64,000 nucleotides of DNA from the NCBI GenBank assembly GCA_905178155.1, contig CAJINV010000014.1, forward strand, positions 1,040,393-1,104,392. Direction: 5' to 3'. Position numbers and translations under genes: made by a program. Source of the stretch: Amoebophrya sp. A120. Its lineage: Eukaryota > Protista > Dinoflagellata. Shown one piece after another: positions 12,101 to 22,357 of this stretch (the first letter of the stretch is position 1; each line of letters opens with the position of its first letter). The notes beneath the pieces are model-generated. The model searched no databases and was not told the DNA's origin. It worked only from the letters and a program-made list of their open reading frames with translations.

Positions 12101-15100
12101 ACAAAATTTGTATTGCATGACCAGTAAGAGGAGTAGCTTTTGTGCTCCGCGGAGATGGCATTTGTCATGCGGAATAGGCATGAGGAAGCGCTCTAAAAAT
12201 CTGTGATGCTACGGCATGCATCACAGACGTCATTGGTCATGGAAAATTTGCATGACAAATCTAGAAATCTTCCAGACCCAGACATTTTGACATTTGATAC
12301 CACACCGTCGGGAACAGCTCGAACAAACCCGGGATGGCGCAGTTCTCCGTCGGCGGAGGATCTACTCCGGGGCTGCAGTCCACCAGTAATACTGGGCAGG
12401 GCGGGGGAATGTGGGACAGCATCGTGATTTCCCAAGATCTATCAAAATGAAAAATCCCCCCTCCCCATATCGAAAAGGAAGTTTCTGATGCTGGATTTGC
12501 GTATACAAATCAGGTTTGTCTTGCAGTAGAGGACTGCAGGCTCCTGCCAAGCCTGAGTAGAGAGCTTTTGGCCTAGGCGCCTTGCATGAAAAACGACTAT
12601 GCTGTAGGCCCAAGAGCATCACAAACCGCCTGCATAATGCGGCAGAGCCTGTGGAGTTGTCTTCTTGCAAGACAGATGTGATTTGTGACCTCAAATCCGC
12701 AACACAAATTTTTGAAAACATACCTTTTCGATATGGGGAGGGGGGATTTTGCCTCTCAATAAGATCCGGAATCCGATATCCAGCAGGGCAGAGCCGTTTC
12801 GACGATAACCGGGATTAAGCGGTACTTGTACATCGGGGAGTTCATCCACCAGCTCGCGAACCGGTTCGGCTTCCTCTACACGGTCAAGGACGTGAAGGAG
12901 GCGCTAGAACTGGAGGAGTGGGAGAACACGGTCTCTGTCGCCGAGTGGGCGCCGGAAGAGATTTGCGTGGTTTTGAACCTTCGCGACTCCTTACGGGCGA
13001 AATACGGAGAATGCAAGAACGTGCTGCAGATGTGGCACAAGAAGCGGTCGTTCACATTAGAAGCCTGGTGCTACTTCATGAAAACAGCACTCGGCTACAA
13101 CGACGAAGACGAGGCCACCGCGATGATCACGATGGCGATTTTACAGGAGTATCCCGGGTCGCATCTCTACACGGAGAACTTTGCCTGGCTGGACGATTTC
13201 GGGACCCTGGAGGAAATGGAGCCGGAGATGATGCAGCGGCGACTGTTTGACAACGAAAGCAACCGGCGGAAGGAGCACGACTACGGCATGAACCACATTC
13301 CGCCGCTGAACCGGAAGTGGCAGGCGATCTACAAGGACTTGTACATGGGGAACTACAAACAGCGGCTCCAGGGTGATTTTGAGCAGTTCAGCTCGAGCCG
13401 CATGACGGCCGCGGAGGTGATCAGCGAGATCGACGAGCAGGCGCACCAGCAGGAGGAGCACACCATTCTGATCCAAACCGGCGCGGTCGGGGGGCGGCGC
13501 GTGGACATGCCGACTTTGACGGAAATGCCGAAGATGTTCATGTACGAGAAGAATGCACAGGGCCGGTTTGTGGAAATTTGGAAATTGGACAAAGAAAACT
13601 ACAACACGACGTACGTCCCGTTGTCCGGGGAGGAGCAGTGGAAATTGCTGAACCAATGCGTGTTGAACAAGTACGACTCCTGGTACAAGGGTCTCCGCGA
13701 CATGCAGAGCCAGGTGGCGAACATGACGCCGATCAGCAGCATTTCGATGAAGGAGCTGGTGCAGATGTGCAATTGTCTCGGTGTGCAGGCTTTACAAGTC
13801 TCCGTCATCGTCCAGTATTTAGCGCAGGATTCCCTCGCCACCTTCGGCTTCCGGAAGATCGCGCCGAAGGAGATGTCCGCCCTGTTGCAGTTGCACGACT
13901 CCATTTTGATCGAGTACGGGTCCACCTGGACCTCGTTGCTGAAACTCTGGACGGATTTATTGCAAGCGGAAGTTCCGTCCTGCTTGAGTTTCGGCGGGGA
14001 GGGGAAGGATTTGGCTGCGCTGCCGGACTTCATCGTGAAAAAGGAGACGTTCGTGAATGTGATGGTGCGGAAATTACACTTGCGGAATTCTGTGGCGAAA
14101 AAGATTTTCACCATGTTGTACCAGAAGAACGGGGGCGTGGTGCTCGCGGACTTGGTCTTTTTTCTCGGGTTCATGAAGAAGAACCGCGCGGGGTCGAGCC
14201 GGGAAGACCAGGAACATGGCTCCGCGATTTTGAAGTTTTTCGTCGTATTGCGACAGTCCGCGAAAGAGAACACCACGGCCGGTGCGTGGCGGGAATTTTT
14301 GGACCAAACCTCCAAGGGGTACGTGACCTGGACGGAGTTCATTTTTGGCTGCAAAATGTGCGGGTTCAAGGGGTTCGAATTGCTGCGCGTGTGGCGGCAC
14401 CTACTCGCTTTCAAAACGGAGCAGCGGTTGACGTACGGGCATTTCGATACCGAGGGGTTCAAATTCTACAAGAAGTTCCGGATGGAGGTGGTCCAGTACG
14501 AAAAAGCGCTTTCGCGGGAAGAGTCAATCGCGCGGGGGCTTTTGTCCTCAGAGGAAAATGTCGTGGCGAATGTCGTGGGGGAAAAGAAATCTTCGTCCGC
14601 TGGGGACCACAAAAGTGACAAGCACAAACCTGGTTCATCTGGTGACGACGGTACTAAGCAGTTGAAGCCCAAAGATTTGGACAAGGAGGAGGGGAAAGCG
14701 CACTCCGTGCACCACAGCAAGTTCGAGAACTGTATTCGGAGGAATTTGATCCGGGTCTTGGATTCCGACTGGTTTTTGAATCGGATCCTCCGCTCCGGGA
14801 TCTCGCGGCCCATCGGGCAAAGTGCGGGAGCAGGGGATGAACAAGGTACGGGAGATGGCAGTTCTAGAAGCAGTTCTTTTGTCCAGTTAATACCAAACCA
14901 GCCCTTAACGGTGCTGTCCGGCAGGTACGGGACCGCCAGTCCCACCGGACAGGCGCAGGGAAGCCTTTTGAGAACCGGCGACGTCGCCAAGATGTCAAGT
15001 CGCAAGGAGTTAGAAGAGCAACGAGCGCTGATCTCGGCGGAGAAGCAGATTGCGAGAAGCATCACCGCCCTGACCGGTTCCGACGGGCTGGTTCTGCCGA

Positions 15101-18100
15101 AAAAAGGCGCCTCGGCGAGCAAGTCCTTTGGCCTAGAAGACGGATCCTCTTCCCTCAAAAAAGCGGGCCAGAAGATCGGGAGGGAGCAGCTGAAGATGAT
15201 GAAGGACGCGGCTTCGGAGTCGAAGGATCAGATCGTGAAGAAGCAGAGCGAGAAGAAAATGGAGCGGAATTACGAAAAGCTGCGGCGTGGGAAGAAGAAG
15301 TTGAAGAAGCTATCCCGTGTAAAAGCATCCCCACCCCAGAGTTGTCATGCAATTCTGCATGCCAAAAAAGATTCTCATGCGGAGCCCTATGAGAAGCGTT
15401 TTCTATTCGTGTTTTGGGATTTGTGATGCTAGGATCAGCATGCTATGCTAGATCTGTGATGCTTCTGAGCTAGCTAAACAGGATGACACTACGAGGACAA
15501 ACTTGTCATGCCAAACAACCAAAGCTGTGTGATTTGTCTAGCAGACTTCCCATCTTGACTCTGGTGTGGGGACGTTTTTAATCAGGATAGAAGCGGCTGG
15601 GAAAGAATTTAGAGGAGTTGGAGGAGAAAGAAGATGAGTCGTGGAAGTACATGTACAGTATCAAAACCGCCTACAAGACGAAAAAAGCGCAACTGCAGGA
15701 GGAGGAAAGGGAAATGACGCGGATGCGAATCAAGTCCGTGTTGGCGAATCTGATGGAGACCTCGAATGCCGGTGGTTTGATGCCCAAAAATGCAAATGCG
15801 TCTCTGTATCGCGGAGCGAATGATCCTAGCAAAAATCCAAACAGCAAATACGGTATCGACCCCTACCTCTTAGAAATCGACGACGAGCGGCTGATGTGCG
15901 AGATTTTCGAGCGCATGGGCGCGGACGCGACCGGGAAAGTGTCGATCATGGGGAAGAAAGAGGGTCTACGAAGAATGCGGATCAAACTCCTCGAGTGGTG
16001 TGCGGGCGAAAAAATCGTCGAGGCCGGGCACGAAATCGACCAGGCACAGGGTGCTAATCAGGAAAACGATCTAGACGACGAGGAGGAAGAAGACTCCGAA
16101 TCCGGGGGCAGTCTGGACGGACACAAAACCACAGCTTCGGGTGGGGACAAGGACAGTGAAAATGCTGTGAAAGGAGAGAGTAACAAACCGATGTTCTATC
16201 CCGAGAAGAGAACAACCACGAAGATGAATTGTGTCTCTGTGAACAAGAGTAAAAACGCGGATGGTAGAAGTTCATCTTTGAACAGAAAATCTCTACTATC
16301 TCCTGCTAAAGTCCTCTCCGCCGAGTTGTCAAAGAAGGCGAAAAGGAGGCAGCGCGAAGCGGAAGAATTAGATGCGGCGCTCGAAGAATACGGGCAGGAA
16401 AATGGTGACCTCCCAAGCAGCTCGCCGTACGCGAAAATCGAGAACAAAACCTTGCAAATCATTGAAGAGCAGCTGAAGCCGTACGATGACGCGCCTGATT
16501 ATGAGCCGTTGATCGTCTTGACCCAGAAGCAAAAGAACGACGCGAGGTGGTTCTTTACCCGCGGGGATAAAAATAGTCAGGCTCCGGCCACCGCTGAAGA
16601 TTCCTCCAACTTTCTTTTCCTCCCCGACGAAGGCGAGACCACTAAGCCACACAGTGTGAAGAAGAAATCTTCCAAGGACCCCAATAAAAGCGCGAAGAGC
16701 AAAAAGCAAGCCTCGAAACTCAAACAGCAGATGCAGGAGGACCAGGACAGCAGCAATCCGCTGCACCAATTGAAAAAGCTGATGGAGGAAAAGAGAAAAG
16801 AGGTCGAGGAACAGACCCGACTGAAGCAGCAACACGCGGCGCTGCAAGGCGAGAACAAGAACCCGTTGTCGCACACCCACATGAAAAACGAGGACGCGTT
16901 TTCGAAGACGAAGATGATGGTGTACTACCCGTTACTACTGCTTGATTTCGACTTCTGGGACAGCAAAGTGTGGGAGTTCAAGTCCACCGATGAGGGACAA
17001 TCCTTAGCGAAGAAATCCTCTCGGACGCGCGAGAAGGAGACGTTTCGCAAGGACAAACTGGATTTCCAAACGGACCCGAACGCGGACAAATCCGAATTCT
17101 TTTTCGCGAAGGAGAAGATCGGGAAGCTGTCGTTGCAGAAGTTGAAAGAAGACCAGGAACTGGTGGATATCCTGAGGAAAAACGTTCCCACCCCAGAGTT
17201 GTCATGCAGATTTGCGATGACAAGGACATTTGTGATGCGCATACCCACGGTAGACATTTTCAATCGTGTTTTGGAATTTGTGATGCTGTGAACAGGGTAA
17301 TGAGATGGATCTGTGATGCAGCTGTACTTGCTAACCTGCACTACACTACGGAGTGCAACTTGTCATGCGTGACTCCAAGAAGTCCTAGGTTTGTGTTGCA
17401 AAATCCCCAACTTGACTCTGGTGTGGGGACGTTTTTACTCAGGATAGTGGAAGAGGAGAACGAAAAGGTTCTGAAAGACGAGCTGACCAGCCACGAGGAG
17501 GCGGTCATCGAGGGACACATGCAGGTCCAGTCCGGGGGCTTGGATACCAACTACTTGCTGCAATTGGAAAACCAGAAGAGAAAGAGCTGCCGCGAAATCG
17601 TGTTGGACGAAGTGCACAAACTCGCGGATCAACTGCAAAACGACGATAGTGCTACTTTTAAGAGCAACCCTTTCAAGACCACGACCAAAGAGAGAAAACA
17701 ATTGGCGATCAAAGCCGTAAGTGACAAAGTGGTCCAGAGTCTCCAAAGTTCTGTCTCCGAGTTGCCTGTTTTAGCCTACACGCAGAACAAAACACTTTTA
17801 TCGCCGGTGATGAAGGCAATTCAGTACCGCGGGGAGAAACTTGGTTTACGGGTGGTTTCCCACGCAGAGCGCGACATGTCGCACATGGAAGAGTTGCATG
17901 AAATTTCGCTTGCGGCCGCGAAGGCGGAGGAGAGGAGGAATGCAAGGGACAGCAGGATCTCGACGAGAGGATCAGCACCAATTGGGAGTAGTAGACCACA
18001 AACTGCTGCTACGGATCATGAAGTAGATGAGTCCTCTGTTATGAAAGAAGAAAAACAACTCCTCGAGATGGACGAATCTTACCACATGCGCGCCCTGCAC

Positions 18101-21100
18101 GACTCGGTCCGGGAAAGGTTCTGGGACCGGTCGGAACGGCAGTTTGTGACCGAGATGCTGAGAGGGAAAGTCACGTGGCAAGAGCTCCGGGAGTGGTTTG
18201 GCGGAAGTGGTAAGAATTATGGTTCGGCGATGCAAAGCCAGCAGATGCTGCGTAATGGTCTGTTCCTCACCGACCTGATTATCAACTACAAACTGCAAAA
18301 TCTAGACGGAAGCGAGGCGCGCACGAATTTGGAAAAGGATAAGCAGCAGAGGATTCTTCTGCGAACCAGACTCGCCGATCAGAAAGATTTCGGCACGAAG
18401 TCCTTCGAGTCGGCGGTGAGAATCACGGAACAAGCGGTGGAATATTTCCAGCGGACCCTCCGGAAGAACAAACACCTGAAAAATTCCGCGCAGCGGGAAT
18501 TTTCCTTCTTAGAGCACAAGAAAAAGCTCGTCAACTTCGCGAAAAAGCAGTTGTTGCAGGAGTGGCTGACTCGGTTTGACAGAATTCTACTTCCGAGATT
18601 GGAGGAAAACGCGCTGACGTCGTTTGAAACCTTCCACAACATGCGAATGGGTGTAAGAACTGCGGCCGGGGGAGGAGTAGACGCAGCTTCAAGCAACGGC
18701 AACCAGAACATAATCACGGACAATAGGAAAATAAAAGCGGGCAACAAGCAGAAGCAAGCGAGAGACACTAGCACCCAGAATGCTGGTGCAAGCAGTTCTG
18801 CCGACCCGGAGGCGCTGAAGGAGAAGGGATTGATTGAACTGAAGTCGCACTTGAAAACCTCTTCCAACAAGACCAACATCGTGAAGCAGCCACTCCACCT
18901 CGAGCCGATCGACCCGCGGTGGGTCGGGGAAACTGCCTGGGTTTTGAAACCGAAGGACCTGGAGGACAAGGGTACATCGAACCAGCATAAAACCGACGGC
19001 ACTTCTTTGACCGGAATCTTATCCAACGCCCGCCGCTCCGCGAAGCGGTCCTCTCTTCTTGCCGGAGAGCAGATGGGTGGCAAGTCTCAAGACCCTATGC
19101 TGCAAAATATTAGCGATGGCACAGCTCGCGACACATATTTGCAGCATCTTGACGCTGTTACCGACGAGGAGCACTACAAGTCTCTGAAGAAGATACGACT
19201 AGACCAGGAGCAGCAGCACAGCGCGCACATGCTCGTTGGCGTGGACTTGGATCGGGGATTGCTCAATTTCGACAACTCTTTTGCAGCAACAAGTGGTACC
19301 AGTCCCACGGGTGTTGTCGAAGAAGAAGAAGATGGCCTTGAAGACGGTGGGAATAGCGATCTAGATTTATTCCTAGAAGACCCTGGGATGCTGCATGGCG
19401 TGAGTTACGACCATGACGGAACAGCAGCAGCTTCTGGTGGCAATCTTTCTCGCGCGTCGACAGGTGGTGGACTTAGCAACAACTACAACAGATCTTCGCA
19501 GCTGTCCTCGAAAGGAAATAAGTTCACAACGGGAAACACCTTCAACCCCCGGCTGTTACCGACCGCGGGGTACCAGGAGATCGTTTCGGCGAAGCGAGTG
19601 CAACTGCAACCAGAGGATTTATTTTACACAACAGGAGCTGCAGACGACAGAAATCATGACACGATCGCAGATCCAGCGATCTTCGATTCGTTCGCCACCA
19701 TAGCGGCGGAAAGTGAGGATGAAGAGGTACAACTAGATCATGCTTCTCCTAATGCGCCCAGAAGTACAACATCTGCAAAGTCCACCTTAGCAGCTGCACA
19801 TCAACCAGCATCGACCAGAACACCTGCGTCCTCGTCCGCAACTCCTGCTTCCAAAAATCACAAGCAGTACTGGGCTGACCCTCGCGAGCTGGTCCATCTC
19901 CTTCCCAACAGCCGGTTCCCCGGCGCGGGGACCAACATTTTGAAGAAGGTGGACATCAAAACGCTGAAAATTTCCAAGTCCAAGCAAGCCGCCTCGAACT
20001 TCACGAACAGCGCGAGCTTCTTCAACCGGGACAAACTGCTCAACGCGCCGAAAACGGACCGCATGCTGATCTTCGAATCTGCGGCCGAGCACGACCGCGA
20101 CGTCGTGCTGTCCTACCAGGAGATGCTGGCGGAGTGGATCCTCGGGCCGCTGCTGAAGCCCTCGCGGCACATTTTCAAGTCGCAGAGCGAGATCAAGCAC
20201 CGCGAATTCTTGGAAAAAACCCCCGACGTTTTCAGCAAGCGCGCCACGGAGAAGATGAAAACGGGGCTGAGTCAGAAGGTGAAGCAAAAACACGCGGTTG
20301 ACACCGGGTTAGTGCAGTTTTTAGAGCACCACGAACTCCACGACCTCCGGGCGATCTTGGAGGCGGATATCCACAGTAAATTTCCCGTACACGTACACAT
20401 GCGGTCTTTACATGACAAAAATTGGCTTCGATCCTAGTCTAGCATGACAAGTTTCACGCTTCAAATTGGTGAAATTTGTAATGCATCTTGTACATGCACG
20501 GGAAATTTGTATTGCATAGCGGAGCTGCTGCAAGACGTGAGCTCGAACAGCCTCCCGGAAAACGAACAGCAAGTGGTGGAGAAAGCGAATGAGGTGATGA
20601 ATAGCGCCGAATCTTCATCATCTTTCACATCCGCCGTGACGATTCAGCAGATGATCACGAATCTCTCCGAGCAGATTACGCCGATCTTGGATCCCCGCGT
20701 CGCCCAGTCGAACACGAACCAGGCGCAATCGAATTCGTCCAAGTCGTTGAACACCGAAATCCTCCCCGACGTGATCGAGGTCTACGCGCACGGGGCGGCC
20801 TTGATCCTGCACAAGATGGAGAAGCGGATGAACATCTTGAAACCCGTAGTATTACGGCTGCAAACCTGGTGGCGGCAGAAGCAGGCAGCGATCAAGACGG
20901 CGGAGCTGCGGAAGCGGAAATTGAAACTCGTGAAACAGAAAGTTCTGAACTACGTGAAGCACACGGCGCTGCCCGGGAAGTTTTTGTCCGAAAAGTTGTT
21001 ATCGGAAGAGAGACGGAAAAGCATGCACAACCGCCGGGCGGGCGCGAACGCGACGCAGGAGTTTCACGATAGCGCTGTCGAGGGTTCCGTGATGCTCTCA

Positions 21101-21364
21101 AATAAATCCAAGCCAAACTCGTTGGGAGGAAAAGCGGTCAACAAAACTGCGCAGGAAACAGTAGAACCAGAGAAGGGAGCAGCAGCTGCTGCTGCCGAGG
21201 GGGAGCAAGTAAAGCGAATTGCTCCTACGGAGGTAGCACAGGGTTTGGATGAAGACAATTTGAAGAACCGCGTCACAGAAGCCGCACCAGAGGCGCAGCC
21301 GCGCATGACGGCGATTGGCGGGCTGGCGCCCACGGCGCAGAGCTTGTTTGAAGATCTGCTGTGA
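3101..21364 (+). CDS. giant (~5,192 aa) low-complexity/coiled-coil protein with IQ-like and EF-hand-like motifs; 11 exons, 10 introner introns; start uncertain
   Basis: ORFs 3026, 6288, 8607, 9393, 12826, 15618, 17204 and 20444 plus three small exons join in frame when each element + 5 bp is removed (18264-2685=15579 nt = 5193 codons). IQ-like motifs AVVHVQKCFRKW and VLRLQTWWRQKQA; EF-hand-like DQTSKGYVTWTEF. A further upstream exon (2781-2984) is possible. Confidence 0.8.
5325..5589. mobile_element. introner, family A (TIR core TGTCTGGGTCTGGAA)
   Basis: tatgcattgcaaaagtgtctgggtctggaag ... cccagacgtatttgcatttgata; repeat gaact/gaacg. Confidence 0.9.
5682..5939. mobile_element. introner, family A
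   Basis: tatcaaatgtaaaaatgtctggg ... cccagacatttttacatttgata; repeat tcccc. Confidence 0.92.
5987..6271. mobile_element. introner, family B (TIR core AAAAACGTCCCCAC)
   Basis: tatcgtatttaaaaacgtccccac ... gtggggacgtttttccttttgata; repeat ggcgg; removal leads into the frame of ORF 6288. Confidence 0.92.
8393..8654. mobile_element. introner, family A
   Basis: TIRs tatcaaatccaaaaatgtctgggtctggaa / ttccagacccagacatttttgcatttgata; repeat aagga. Confidence 0.92.
9192..9462. mobile_element. introner, family A
   Basis: tatcaattgcaaatatatctgggtctggaag ... cccagacatatttgcaatgcata; repeat agcgg/ggcgg. Confidence 0.9.
12037..12299. mobile_element. introner, family A
   Basis: tatggattgcaaaaatgtctgggtctggaag ... 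cccagacattttgacatttgata; repeat ccaca. Confidence 0.92.
12440..12761. mobile_element. introner, family C (TIR core AAAATCCCCCCTCCCCATATCGAAA)
   Basis: Long TIR; repeat agatc; removal joins ...SQD-PESDIQQ...KRYLYIGEF (ORF 12826). Confidence 0.92.
15311..15589. mobile_element. introner, family B
   Basis: tatcccgtgtaaaagcatccccac ... gtggggacgtttttaatcaggata; repeat gaagc. Confidence 0.92.
17168..17446. mobile_element. introner, family B
   Basis: tatcctgaggaaaaacgttcccac ... gtggggacgtttttactcaggata; repeat gtgga. Confidence 0.92.
20368..20518. mobile_element. introner (singleton, 151 bp)
   Basis: tatccacagtaaatttcccgtac ... gcacgggaaatttgtattgcata; repeat gcgga. Confidence 0.9.
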
Positions 21365-21413
21365 GCATAGTGTTTTCAATCTTGAGGTCATCTAGAGTTT
21401 TACTTTGACATCA

Positions 21414-21600
21414 CCTTTTATTTTTTGAATTTTGCAAACAGCCCGTCTTTGTACCATTTCCACCTCTTATTTTTTGAATTTTGCAGACAGCTCGTTCATG
21501 ATGGTGTCCACCTTTTATTTTTTGAATTTTGCAAAGCATACGATTACTTTTTTGTTTTTCGTAGCCATTGCCGGCCAAGCTGATTTTTTGAATTTTGCAT
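21414..21600. repeat. four spaced copies of ttttgaattttgca just 3' of the giant gene
   Basis: Copies near 21422, 21472, 21518 and 21584, spaced about 50-60 bp. Confidence 0.75.
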
Positions 21601-22357
21601 GTGATTTTTTTGTTCCTTTGATTCCAGCAAATGTTATGCCCCGAGGCTACCCCACCGAAAATGTAAGGTTTCTTGCTGCTATTCGTATTCACCCAGGAAT
21701 GGATCTCATTTATTTGTCCGTGCTAGCATTAATTTGAAAACGGAAACACGCATCAGCTGGCGATGACTCCTAGGTCCTCGGCAAAAAGTGTTTTCTCTCT
21801 GAGGTCGGTGAAATTGTTTCAATGTGTCACTCGTTATTTTGAAATGCAAATTTCGGTATAGTTATCTCTTAAGTCTTGTGTAATCAAAACCAAAAGGAAA
21901 AGTCAGTCTCTTGTTTACCGTAGAGAAAGTACGACCTCCTGCTTTCGTACCTCGTCTGGCTCTTCTACGTCATCGTTCGTCCGTGAAACAAGTCGTCGTT
22001 GTGAATTTTCGTACCCCTTCCGAGCTGCTGGTGCCGTCAAGCCCGAGCCAATCACAGATTTCGTGCTTCCAATAGCCTAACCATTAATTGCACTAGCGAG
22101 CAAAGCTCGTGAAGATTCTTTCACAACCGCAGGGTGACGGTACACTTCTGATCTACTTCAGTCCTTGTAGTTTTCGTACGACCCAGGTCTCGGCAGATTC
22201 AGTTTACTTGCATGGCAAAAAGACGTTGTTTGTGAAATCCCAATCCGTTATTTCTTTACGCATCCTGAGTCGTGTGTCCAAAAGCTTCTAAAATCAATAC
22301 GAAACACGAACCGCATTCACTTTCAGCACGACAGGAGCACAAAACCTGAACCATAAA

